Notes under the pieces: model-generated
What the model saw: only the letters and a program-made list of their open reading frames with translations
Told to the model about the DNA's origin: nothing
Database searches by the model: none
Virus record (IMG/VR): IMGVR_UViG_3300048090_000069
Coordinates: 25,652 to 89,651 of that record
Length of the DNA: 64,000 nt
Source: a virus
Lineage: Duplodnaviria > Heunggongvirae > Uroviricota > Caudoviricetes
Reading direction: 5' to 3' (one strand)
Made by a program: the position numbers and the translations under genes
Shown: one piece after another, positions 47,412 through 56,523 of the stretch
How positions within the stretch are numbered: the stretch's first letter is position 1
Layout of the letters: each line of letters opens with the position of its first letter

Positions 47412-49415
47412 ATGTCTGACTTTAAGCCGTTTTCTCAAGCTGTACACAAGCAATTCTCTGAAATGTCTAAACACGAACTGTTCGTTGTGGACGTATCCGG
47501 GGACGACCTCTTTGCTGCCTATCTGGCTGCATTCCCTGAAGGCACCAACCCAATCTACCGTGAGCGCACTGAGCACGATTGCTCTTGCTGCAAAAATTTC
47601 ATTCGTAATATTGGCAATGTTGTTGCTGTTGTGAATGGTAAGATGCAAACCGTATGGGACACAGTGAACGTTGGCAGTGAGTATGATATTGTAGCGAAAG
47701 CACTGTCTATTATTGTAAGTGCTGCGCCTATTAAATCTCTCTTCCGTGCGTCTGAAAAGCAATACGGTGCAGAATCCACTGTAGAACTGAAAGACGGTGT
47801 TACGAAGCGCTGGAACCATTTCCACGGACAGATTGCGAACAAGCATTACACTAAAGAAGTTGGCTCTGTCGTAGGAGAATACAATACGTCTGTGAGCGTC
47901 TTTAAACGTGGTCTGGAAGAACTCACTCCAGAAGCATTTGCTACTGTCATCGACCTGACCAATCAGAACAATCTTTACAAAGGAAATGATTTCCTTGCTG
48001 CTGTCACGGCTTTCTCCAAAGCACAACAGGATTACAACAAACTGAGCGCACAAGAAAAGAATAATTATATTTGGCAGAATGCTGGCAACATGGCCCTGTC
48101 CCGCTTTCGCAACACCGCCATTGGCACCCTTCTGGTTGATCTGTCTGCTGGTGTGGACATTGAAGCCGCTGTAAAATCGTTTGAACAAAAAGTAGCTCCA
48201 ACTAACTACAAACGTCCTAATGCTCTCATCACTCAGAAAATGGTTGATGATGCAATGAAAACTATCGATTCTCTGGGTCTGGAGCCTGCTCTGGAACGGC
48301 GACATGCCACGCTGGAAGATGTTTCTGTCAATGACATCCTCTTCGTGGACAACAATGTTCGTGGTAAGCTGAAGGGCGGCGTGGCTAACGTTCTGGCTGA
48401 TGCTGTTGCACCTGTTGAAGTGAAAGAAAGCAAAGCTCAAGAAATTAATGTAGATGACTTCCTGAAGAACGTTGTTCCCGGTGCTAAGAGTATTGATGTT
48501 CATGTGAAAAATCAGCATCAAGCTAATTTTGTCAGCATCACGGCTCCTGTGCATGAGGAAGTGGAGCCTCTGTTCAAATGGGATAATAATTTTGCTTGGA
48601 GCTATGACGGCAATGTGACAGATAGTATCAAAGAACGTGTGAAGGCTCAGGGCGGTATTACGGATGCAAAATTCCGTGTGTCTCTGGCATGGTATAACAA
48701 AGACGATTTGGATTTGTATATCAAAGAACCTGATGGCTATCAAATCTACTTTGGTAACAAAGGCGTGCGTAGCAAGAACACTGGTATGCTGGATGTGGAC
48801 ATGAATGCTTATGGCCCGCATAGCGATACAGAGCCTGTGGAGAACGTTGTGTGGAGCCGTCCGATGGACGGGCAATACATTGTCACTGTAAACAATTACA
48901 ATCAACGTACTACTGTCAATCCCGGCTTTACGCTTGAAGTGGAGTCGGATGGTATTGTGCATCAGTATAGCACTCCCACCTCTCCGCGCAGTGGAAACAA
49001 CAAACATGCTTTGACTATCACTGTAAAGGGTGGTAAAGTGGTTGACATCAAACCAACTCAAGGTGTTGTTGGTGGTGCATTCAGCCAAGAGAAATGGAAC
49101 ATTGAAACTGAAAAGTTTGTACGTGTCAACACCATGATGCTGTCTCCGAATCACTGGAATGGTAAGGAAATTGGCAGCAAACACGTATTCTTTGCTCTGG
49201 AAGGTTGTAAAAATCCTGTTCCAACGCGGGGCATTTACAATGAATTCCTGAAGGGCGACTTGGAGAAGCATCGTAAAGTATTTGAATTGTTGGGGCAGAA
49301 AACTATGTGCCAGCCTTCTGAGAAACAGATTAGCGGATTGGGTTTTACGTCTGCTCGTGGTGATAGTGTTGTAGTGAAAGTGAATAATCAAAAGTTGTAT
49401 AACGTTAAATTTTAA
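47412..49415 (+). CDS. large early protein of unknown function (667 aa)
   Basis: Protein-like composition, AGGAG RBS. The minus-strand ORF overlapping it is low-complexity. No recognisable catalytic motif. Confidence 0.6.
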   Translation: MSDFKPFSQAVHKQFSEMSKHELFVVDVSGDDLFAAYLAAFPEGTNPIYRERTEHDCSCCKNFIRNIGNVVAVVNGKMQTVWDTVNVGSEYDIVAKALSIIVSAAPIKSLFRASEKQYGAESTVELKDGVTKRWNHFHGQIANKHYTKEVGSVVGEYNTSVSVFKRGLEELTPEAFATVIDLTNQNNLYKGNDFLAAVTAFSKAQQDYNKLSAQEKNNYIWQNAGNMALSRFRNTAIGTLLVDLSAGVDIEAAVKSFEQKVAPTNYKRPNALITQKMVDDAMKTIDSLGLEPALERRHATLEDVSVNDILFVDNNVRGKLKGGVANVLADAVAPVEVKESKAQEINVDDFLKNVVPGAKSIDVHVKNQHQANFVSITAPVHEEVEPLFKWDNNFAWSYDGNVTDSIKERVKAQGGITDAKFRVSLAWYNKDDLDLYIKEPDGYQIYFGNKGVRSKNTGMLDVDMNAYGPHSDTEPVENVVWSRPMDGQYIVTVNNYNQRTTVNPGFTLEVESDGIVHQYSTPTSPRSGNNKHALTITVKGGKVVDIKPTQGVVGGAFSQEKWNIETEKFVRVNTMMLSPNHWNGKEIGSKHVFFALEGCKNPVPTRGIYNEFLKGDLEKHRKVFELLGQKTMCQPSEKQISGLGFTSARGDSVVVKVNNQKLYNVKF

Positions 49416-49428
49416 TTAGGAGAAATAA

Positions 49429-49827
49429 ATGTCTATTTTTGAAACCGCTTCCCGTAAAGCTTTCCGCTTCCCTTCAGTAAAGGGTGAACTGACCACTGAA
49501 CAACTGTGGAATCTGAATCTGCTTGCTAATGGTGGATTTGATCTAAACAATGTTGCAATTGATCTGAACAAATCCCTGAAAGCCATCACTGAAGAGAGCT
49601 TTGTCAGTGTGAAACCAAATCGAGGTAAGACTGATCTGGAAAATAAGTTGGAAATCGTAAAGCATATTATTGCTGTGAAACAAGAAGAACAGGCAGCAGC
49701 ACGAGATAAGGCCGACAAAGCCGCTAAACGTGAAAAGCTGGTGCAAGCTCTGGCGAATAAGGAAGACGAAGCCTTGAACAATCTCACCCCAGATGAGATT
49801 CGTGCAAAACTGGCAGAACTTGATTAA
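49429..49827 (+). CDS. hypothetical protein partnered with the 667-aa gene
   Basis: RBS AGGAGAAATAA. A terminator follows. Confidence 0.5.
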   Translation: MSIFETASRKAFRFPSVKGELTTEQLWNLNLLANGGFDLNNVAIDLNKSLKAITEESFVSVKPNRGKTDLENKLEIVKHIIAVKQEEQAAARDKADKAAKREKLVQALANKEDEALNNLTPDEIRAKLAELD

Positions 49828-49845
49828 TTTCTAGTGTAACATTTA

Positions 49846-49871
49846 GCCCCTCTCACGAGGGGCATTTTTAT
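49846..49871 (+). terminator. intrinsic terminator
   Basis: GCCCCTC-TCAC-GAGGGGC hairpin followed by ATTTTTAT. Confidence 0.7.
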
Positions 49872-49882
49872 ATGGAAAATAA

Positions 49883-50173
49883 ATGTCTGAACTAAAATAC
49901 AAGCGAATCCCAACAACAGTAGAAGTGTGTTTTGCCATTGTGCGAGAGCACACCAAAGGAGAATATCCACAAGACTTATGTGTATATGAAACCTTCACAA
50001 ATATTGTTGAGAATGGCATAAGCACAATTTACACAGTATGGGGATTGCGTGAAGCTGAAGTTGCTTTAGTAGGTGCTCATACCACTTACGAATCAGAAGA
50101 CGACAAAGAGATTGAAAATACCCGTAAGAGTGAATATTGGCTGTGTGCGCCTTATTTAGAGGAAGACGAATGA
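49883..50173 (+). CDS. hypothetical protein
   Basis: 96-aa ORF. Confidence 0.45.
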   Translation: MSELKYKRIPTTVEVCFAIVREHTKGEYPQDLCVYETFTNIVENGISTIYTVWGLREAEVALVGAHTTYESEDDKEIENTRKSEYWLCAPYLEEDE

Positions 50174-50355
50174 TTACAAAAAACCAACGTGAAGAACTTG
50201 AACTGTTGATTGACGATGTAAAATTCAAATACTCTAATTTCAAATACGCTTTTCAATTCCTTACAGAACAATCTGTGAAAGATTCATGGACAGAATTGAA
50301 TGCTTCATATATGTTTCTGAATGAATTTTTGGATTGTATTACGGAGAATAAATGA
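50170..50355 (+). CDS. hypothetical protein
   Basis: 61 aa starting MITKNQREELELL, with ATGA overlap. Confidence 0.4.
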   Translation: MITKNQREELELLIDDVKFKYSNFKYAFQFLTEQSVKDSWTELNASYMFLNEFLDCITENK

Positions 50356-50473
50356 AATACTTTTTAATCATTTTTATAAGCCTCATCACAGGCTCCACTG
50401 TCGTCAACCTTGGCTTTGGAAAAAGAAAATCTACATATGTTGTTGCAGGTAATTTTGTACGGAGGATTCGTTA

Positions 50474-50634
50474 ATGATTTGTTCTAAATGTAATTCCGAA
50501 ATGTATCATTCGGACGGATGGGAAGAATGTTGGGATGGAGAAACAGAAGAGTGTTATTGGTGGGGGCGGTGGGATTGTCTTGAATGCGGGCATTTTATCT
50601 GTTCGTATGACGATGGATATGAGGGAGTGGAATG
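50474..50634 (+). CDS. Zn-ribbon mini-protein
   Basis: 53 aa starting MICSKCNSE...CLECGHFIC. It is below the ORF-track cutoff. Two CxxC pairs. Confidence 0.35.
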
Positions 50635-50889
50635 AAAGGCATATATAGACCAATTGCAGAACATCTTCGCACATTCTGCGCACAAGATCAATTTGTTATT
50701 TATCTAGATTCTTTTCGCTGGAAGCGTTATAAGGAAGACGATCCTTGGTTGAATGATGAAAATCATCAAGACGAAGTGTTAAGCAACCATTATGATAGTA
50801 TGTCTCTTGAACAACTAGCAGAAGATTTCGGATATGAGATTGATTGGAAATTTAATTTACATCATGTAGCCATTGTGAGGATGAAATGA
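50632..50889 (+). CDS. hypothetical protein
   Basis: 85-aa ORF. Confidence 0.4.
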   Translation: MKGIYRPIAEHLRTFCAQDQFVIYLDSFRWKRYKEDDPWLNDENHQDEVLSNHYDSMSLEQLAEDFGYEIDWKFNLHHVAIVRMK

Positions 50890-51032
50890 AATGCCCTGAA
50901 TGTAATTTTCCAATGACACGCTTCAATTCAGAGCATGATTATAATCCTCCCGGTGATTGGGAGTATTTTTATTATTGGCAATGCAACATGTGTTTTGAGA
51001 CAATTGAAGAAGATGATATGGAGGAAGAATGA
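50886..51032 (+). CDS. Zn-ribbon mini-protein
   Basis: 48 aa starting MKCPECNF...CNMCF. Confidence 0.35.
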   Translation: MKCPECNFPMTRFNSEHDYNPPGDWEYFYYWQCNMCFETIEEDDMEEE

Positions 51033-51140
51033 AACTAAAATCAGCAGTAACAACATATGAAATTTCTCTGATTTTAAAATCTGCTCAATATTTGTAAAAC
51101 TACATTTCCAAAATTTTCCCACATGCCCCAGAAAATCATG

Positions 51141-51165
51141 GCCCTCCTAGTGAGGGCTTTTTGCA
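51141..51165 (+). terminator. intrinsic terminator
   Basis: GCCCTC-CTAGT-GAGGGC hairpin followed by TTTTTGCATTT. Confidence 0.7.
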
Positions 51166-51381
51166 TTTCTCTTGCCTGTTTGTATGAAAGTGTGCTTTAA
51201 CAAGATTTGTTGTATTAAAGAAAGCTTACATTTGTGCAACACAAGCTCCCTCTCAAACAGCCTAGAACACTTTCCAACATTTGTCTAGAACTATTTTGAC
51301 AACAAAAAGCTTGTTTCTTTGTTTTGTGCGTGCTAACATGGGTTCATTGAAGAACAGCCGACAGGCTTACAGGAAAACGAA

Positions 51382-51576
51382 ATGAAAAAACATATCATGC
51401 TTATTCGTGAAGTTGTAGACGGATGGGAGTATCGTATTGTGGAAAGCACTGTGCGCCGCCTTGTTAGTGCGGAATGGAAGTACATGAACCACAGCGAAAA
51501 CATTTCTTTAGAAGATATTGCAGAGCATTTTAACAGTTCTACAATTATCAATGTGACGAATCATTTCAGGGAGTAG
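51382..51576 (+). CDS. hypothetical protein
   Basis: 64-aa ORF. Confidence 0.4.
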   Translation: MKKHIMLIREVVDGWEYRIVESTVRRLVSAEWKYMNHSENISLEDIAEHFNSSTIINVTNHFRE

Positions 51577-51658
51577 TCATCATGAGCCAATCAGAACACG
51601 AACAAGCCCGACGAGAGCTTGGATTTCCATTCAATACGAAACGTTAAGGGGAAATAAC

Positions 51659-51847
51659 ATGACCAAAGCATATTTAGCAGGATTTATTGCCGGGACACTT
51701 GGCAGGGGTTGGGAAGATTGCCCTTTTGCTAATCGTCTGACCCATGCTGCTGTAGAATGGCGCAGAGGCTGTGATGATGGTAATCAGACACAATGCGGTG
51801 ATTCTTGGACAGCAGAACAAATATTAAAAGGTACTAGCCATGGCTGA
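51659..51847 (+). CDS. rmf: ribosome modulation factor (RMF)-like protein
   Basis: The 62-aa protein MTKAYLAGFIAGTLGRGWEDCPFANRL...EWRRG aligns with E. coli RMF core RGYQAGIAGRSKEMCPYQ...WLGGW. The AG.hAG and CP(Y/F) motifs are shared. RBS AAGGGGAAATAAC. Confidence 0.45.
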   Translation: MTKAYLAGFIAGTLGRGWEDCPFANRLTHAAVEWRRGCDDGNQTQCGDSWTAEQILKGTSHG

Positions 51848-52094
51848 ACTCATTCAAGGCTACATTGTCAGTAGCTCAAACTCATCGTCCAAACAGCCTA
51901 GCTCCATCACTGTCAAAAACTCTAACGGCACCATCCTAGCTCGTGTTCGTAGCGACGAATGCAAGCTGCTATCGAAAGTGAGGCTGTGGGCAAATCATCC
52001 TCTACGGGCAGAATTGACAGCACAGCTAAAAAGCTGCAACGTGCAAGAGGAAATTATTCAGGAAATTTTGAAGCCTAAGCGGAAGGAAAACTAA
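51840..52094 (+). CDS. hypothetical protein
   Basis: 84-aa ORF. Confidence 0.4.
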   Translation: MAELIQGYIVSSSNSSSKQPSSITVKNSNGTILARVRSDECKLLSKVRLWANHPLRAELTAQLKSCNVQEEIIQEILKPKRKEN

Positions 52095-52264
52095 TATGTA
52101 TTTTGATCTAGAATTCTCTAACGGTGTGTGGATAGCTTATGACTACTATTATGAGGGTCACGAAGACGATTCTGTGATTTGCACTAAAGCAACGCGGCAA
52201 GAGTGTAACACTACAGCGGAAAAGATGGGATATCGTTGGGTTGGAGAATAATTTATAAAAGTGC

Positions 52265-52293
52265 TTGACAGTGATCTTGTAACGTCCTAAGAT
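52265..52293 (+). promoter_or_regulatory. sigma70-type promoter (GTGCTTGACAGTGATC...TAAGAT)
   Basis: It shares the GTGCTTGACA-GTGATC core with the promoter at 43975. The spacer is 17 nt. Confidence 0.55.
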
Positions 52294-52323
52294 GGATACA
52301 TAGACAAACAAACGGAGCTTTAC

Positions 52324-52575
52324 ATGATTCGCATTCGATATACTTTCAATTCTGCCAGTGATGGCGTAAGATGGGGTGACTTTCTTACATCATGCGTCAG
52401 TGTAGAGGGGGCTTTAAAATCTTTTGCTGGGAACAGCCCTAAGTTTATGCTTCAAAATCTGGTTGAAATGCATATTTTTGAAATAAATAACAAACAGCAT
52501 CAATCAAGAGAAACTTTGATTCAAGGTGTTGAGAAACAAATCACTGAATTCATTAAAGAAAATAAGGGGAAATAA
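52324..52575 (+). CDS. hypothetical protein
   Basis: 83-aa ORF. Confidence 0.4.
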   Translation: MIRIRYTFNSASDGVRWGDFLTSCVSVEGALKSFAGNSPKFMLQNLVEMHIFEINNKQHQSRETLIQGVEKQITEFIKENKGK

Positions 52576-52576
52576 A

Positions 52577-52786
52577 ATGAAACTGTATTTTGTCACACGT
52601 AACGCTGCCCGTTCCTCCCTGAAGGCCCACAAGCTTGTCGATGCTGGTGCGGAGGCTCCTAAAGGCCGTCGCTATGCTCGTGAACTGAAGCCTGTTGTTA
52701 AGGCAATTCATGCAAAAGACTTCGTACAAGCTACCACCGTCTGTGGGCAAGTTGATCTGTACGAAACGATGCTGGAGGCTGCATAA
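52577..52786 (+). CDS. hypothetical protein
   Basis: Start chosen at the ATG with RBS AAGGGGAAATAAA. 69 aa. Confidence 0.4.
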   Translation: MKLYFVTRNAARSSLKAHKLVDAGAEAPKGRRYARELKPVVKAIHAKDFVQATTVCGQVDLYETMLEAA

Positions 52787-52980
52787 TGAACAAACGTGAA
52801 GCAGCTATTGTTAGTGCCTACACTGGCTTCTTGCTCGGTAGTTTCTCCGAATTACACAAATATGTTGAAGAAATCATGGGCCGTCCTGTTTGGACTCATG
52901 AAATGGGAAACAAAGACACTTTCGACAAGATCAAAGAGCTTGCGAAGAACGATTTTATCAATATTGTTGTGGAGGATTGA
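52786..52980 (+). CDS. hypothetical protein
   Basis: 64-aa ORF. Confidence 0.4.
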   Translation: MNKREAAIVSAYTGFLLGSFSELHKYVEEIMGRPVWTHEMGNKDTFDKIKELAKNDFINIVVED

Positions 52981-53135
52981 TTATGCACATCATGTCCAAA
53001 CAAGCAATTATAGATGCTGCTAAACGTGCCTTCGCAAGCGAATTCGTTGTAGGTGATGCGGACAGTTTTCCTCAAGAATTCTCGCATTGGCTTGCTGTGC
53101 AGCAGAACAAGGGATTTTATTGGAGCGTGGAGCTA

Positions 53136-53767
53136 TGAGTAACATTCCAGAAAATATGCGTGCATTCTCCTTAGATGCTGCTAAAAGCGGGCATCCTCTG
53201 ACAACACGCGCTGGCCGGGAGGTGAAGTTTATTGCACATGTACCGGATTCTAAGGATGATGATGCAAAAGTGGTGGCAATGCCTAACGGAGAGCGCCCCT
53301 ATTTCTACTATGAAAATGGTAAAATGTGGAATAGTGGTAGAGGGGACGAAAACCTGTTCCTAGCCCCTCTCGGCTATGTGGAAGGTAAGTCAGTATTTGT
53401 TGGTGACAAGCTTCTAAACTCCTTTGGAAATGAATTTGAAGTGAGTTTGCATGTACATTTGAATGCTGTCTATGTATGGGGGGTTTGCTCGTGGCCCTCG
53501 CAGAAGCCTGTTGTTGAAACACAGCTTACAGACGGAGATATCAATTGTGCTTGGAAAACTACTGCATATGGCACAGGTGGCTTGCGAGAGTTCGCTAATA
53601 TTGCTATTGCTCGCGCCATTGCAGACGGAGACGTTATTCCGACAGAGGTTGTAGAAAAAATTGCTTCAGATGCTTTTACAGAGCAATTCTGTGCAGGTGA
53701 TAGTTTTAAAAATGTGTTTAAACGTATGATTCAAGAGTACAAAAACTCTCTGAAAGGAACTAAATAA
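53136..53767 (+). CDS. hypothetical protein
   Basis: 210 aa from the Met with RBS GGAGCGTGGAG. Confidence 0.5.
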
Positions 53768-53900
53768 TGTCTCTCGTGTTTATTGTATATTTGATTAGTA
53801 TTCTCCAAGCACAGGAAATTGGTGGAAAGGTTTTGCAAGTTATCCACCAAAAACTTGATAGCATTATTAATGAGGATGAGCCTCAAAAGGAAACTAAGAA

Positions 53901-54146
53901 ATGAACACACATAAAGCATTCAGCGTAGTTTTCACTATTGTGCAGATTATCATCGCTGTAGTGTTCGCTGCAATCATCGGCATCACTATCTATGACGTGT
54001 CTCAGGGCAATCCTAACAACCTCTCTGTGGGTTTCAATGGTATGATTGAGACACGCTGCGTAGGTGGTTATACGTTCGTTCTTGGGCAGGATGGCAATGT
54101 CAAGCAAGTGATGGACGAATACGGGAAGGGAAAGGCTTGCAAATGA
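53901..54146 (+). CDS. small membrane protein
   Basis: N-terminal TM helix. Confidence 0.4.
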   Translation: MNTHKAFSVVFTIVQIIIAVVFAAIIGITIYDVSQGNPNNLSVGFNGMIETRCVGGYTFVLGQDGNVKQVMDEYGKGKACK

Positions 54147-54328
54147 CACAAGAAGCACAATTCATTGACAAACAATCCTTGATTAAAGCTATTGAGGATG
54201 CTACAGTGGATATTGAATATTGCCATGACTCTAAATATGTACATTTCTCTGGCAACCATGAGAATGTATATAAAGTTATTTCTGTAGTCGATGCACATAA
54301 GCTGCTGGAGGTTTTGAAAAATGTCTAA
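54143..54328 (+). CDS. hypothetical protein
   Basis: 61-aa ORF. Confidence 0.35.
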   Translation: MTQEAQFIDKQSLIKAIEDATVDIEYCHDSKYVHFSGNHENVYKVISVVDAHKLLEVLKNV

Positions 54329-54647
54329 AGAAAAGACAATCAAAGAACACAAAATTGCAGCTTTGCAATGGGCTTACAAACAAATTAAAAATGATTGCAG
54401 TTACTATATTTGTTATGCTCTTAATGACTACTACTTCAAAGTAGATAATTCAAAAAAGTCTCAGAAAGCAGTGTACTATCTTACAAATTATATTTCCAAA
54501 GCTCTTAAGGGTTATACTTTCTTGGATAATTGGTTGGTTGATAAAGAAAATCTTAAATGGGCTAAAGTGTCTAATACAGACAAGATTCGTCGCACTCGCC
54601 TAGCTTGGATTGAGTGGATGCTCGCAGCTTATGGAGCGAAGCCATGA
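54321..54647 (+). CDS. hypothetical protein
   Basis: 108-aa ORF. Confidence 0.45.
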   Translation: MSKEKTIKEHKIAALQWAYKQIKNDCSYYICYALNDYYFKVDNSKKSQKAVYYLTNYISKALKGYTFLDNWLVDKENLKWAKVSNTDKIRRTRLAWIEWMLAAYGAKP

Positions 54648-55018
54648 AAATGTACATTGCTGTGCTGGATGAATTCCCCGATTATATGACCCCTACCCTT
54701 GTGGCTCATGCTGTGTTGGGTGCTCACGAGGAATTCTGTGTTAATATGTACTATCATGCTTGGCACAAAACTTCCTTCAAGAAATGTGTTGTCCGCGTCA
54801 ATCAAAAAGAATGGGACAAGATTATTTCTCTTGACAATGTCTATCTAGCACACGAGAATAACACTCTAGAAGGACGGAAAGCCTGTGCTGTAGTGTGTCC
54901 TAGGGAATATTCGGAAGAATATCCTATTCCTAATGTGCTGAAATTTGCTAAGTTGTGGAAGCCGAAGGATACAGAAACTTTCCTTAATATGAGTGGTGTT
55001 AATAATAGGGGAACGTGA
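54645..55018 (+). CDS. PTH2-like (peptidyl-tRNA hydrolase 2 fold) protein, tentative
   Basis: MKMYIAVLDEF...TPTLVAHAVLGAHEE...KKCVVRVN...LAHENNTLEGRKACAVVCP follows the PTH2 pattern (V.V.R.DL..GK.AAQ..HA.VGA...KKVVLKV...RDAG.TE...GT.TVLAIGP). Confidence 0.35.
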
Positions 55019-55184
55019 TGAAACCAACAATTAGAGTGATTGATAAAGATTTGATTGATATCGAACTCAAATTAGAGGATGATTGTATTTTCGGATTTAC
55101 TCTTGATAGAAAAGAGATTAATTCCCTCATCCTCGATTTGAACAATGCTTTGTGGGAAATGAAGTTGCTGGAGAAGAATAATAA

Positions 55185-55427
55185 ATGAAAATTCCAAAAA
55201 TCTACATCGTCCGTACCAAACTGAAAGACGGAGAAATGTATTATTTGAAATTTATCAATTCCTCTGGCACATTCGCAGAATATTCTAAAAATCTTGATGA
55301 TGCCCTAGAGCATACGAAAGAAGAAATGGAATATGTGAAAAATCATCATCTGCCGGGGTTGGGTAGGTGGATTCTGTTAGAGAGTGAGAAGAAGCGTTTA
55401 GAGGCTCTACAACGTGCCACTGCTTGA
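55185..55427 (+). CDS. hypothetical protein
   Basis: 80-aa ORF. Confidence 0.4.
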   Translation: MKIPKIYIVRTKLKDGEMYYLKFINSSGTFAEYSKNLDDALEHTKEEMEYVKNHHLPGLGRWILLESEKKRLEALQRATA

Positions 55428-55501
55428 AGTATGTAGGGTGATGAGGGTTAGGACTAGAAAAGGCTACAGAGGGCCATATAATCGATTTGGGAGGGTGTTT
55501 G

Positions 55502-55681
55502 ATGAAGGCGGAAGAACTGGCTAGGGTGTTGATGCAGAATCCAGACTACGATGTAAAGATAAATGTGTATGCTTGTAAGAACATTCTTGACTTCCGCAGC
55601 TTATCTATCTGTCCTGATGATGGAATCTACTCTGTAAGTGAGGAAAACGTAGTTTTTATTGATGTGGAATGCTACAAATAA
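55502..55681 (+). CDS. hypothetical protein
   Basis: ORF starting MKAEELARVLMQNPDY. Confidence 0.35.
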   Translation: MKAEELARVLMQNPDYDVKINVYACKNILDFRSLSICPDDGIYSVSEENVVFIDVECYK

Positions 55682-55799
55682 GAAATTTTCTACTACAAGA
55701 TGTACTTTCTGTAGATTATTCTACTACTGTTTCTATCTTCTGTAGCAGATTCTTGCTGTCTTTCTCACTATTTGTAGGATAAATTGCTGAAAATACTAC

Positions 55800-55828
55800 T
55801 TGACATAGTAGGGATGTTCGGGTACAAT
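55800..55828 (+). promoter_or_regulatory. consensus sigma70 promoter (TTGACA-17-TACAAT) heading a ~450-nt non-coding stretch
   Basis: TTGACATAGTAGGGATGTTCGGGTACAAT. No credible ORF until 56278. Confidence 0.6.
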
Positions 55829-56277
55829 GGCGACATCTAAGAAATTGGATGGGGGCGACAGAGTAGGAGAGTGGGTCATTTGGCTCCAGTTTGCATGTTT
55901 CGCAATACTGCTTCTTACTCAATAGCATCTCCTTGTTCCTCATGTTGAGCTTAGCTCTGTGGGGGGTTTGGGGGGCTATTGAGTAGGGAGTGAGTATTTT
56001 CACCAGATTGCATATTATATTATAAGTATTCTATAAGGATACAGACAATTTAAGAAGTTATACACTGAGCATACGAGGCTGATTACTACTAACGTAGAGT
56101 CGGCCTTTTTGCATTTATAAGGAAGAAAGACAAACTAATCCTGATGGAAGTCCTATGTGGTTTGAAGGAGTACGAGTGTACAACCAGAAAGAATACGATG
56201 AAGCAGGATGCCCGTTTTAGGGCTTGACATCCTCCCCCATCCCTCCTACAATACATACATCAACCAAGGAGAACAAT

Positions 56278-56523
56278 ATGAAAGCATACGAACAAAAGAA
56301 AGAAGGCTCCTTTGAGCGTGGCATGGTGTGGATGATTGTAGAAGGTGACAAAGAAGCTGTTAGGGCTATCTGTGGTGTGCTAGACGAATTCTACCAGAAT
56401 GATTCCTGCCCAACGGATGACACGATGTATGGAGGAAAGTATTCCGAAGGCTATATCATCTGGAGGGAAGAGAAGGAATATTTCATGGCTAAGTATAAAG
56501 AAGCTAAGAGGGGTGTAAAATGA
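56278..56523 (+). CDS. hypothetical protein
   Basis: RBS AAGGAGAACAAT. Confidence 0.45.
   Translation: MKAYEQKKEGSFERGMVWMIVEGDKEAVRAICGVLDEFYQNDSCPTDDTMYGGKYSEGYIIWREEKEYFMAKYKEAKRGVK

Noticed and set aside
47322-49391. 689-aa minus-strand ORF mirroring the 667-aa plus-strand gene
   Set aside because: Its translation is low-complexity (runs of H/F/N/I) with no RBS. The plus-strand ORF has an RBS and protein-like composition.
55716-56003. 95-aa minus-strand ORF inside the promoter-headed non-coding stretch
   Set aside because: It has no RBS, is antisense to a strong promoter and has an odd composition. It is treated as non-coding.
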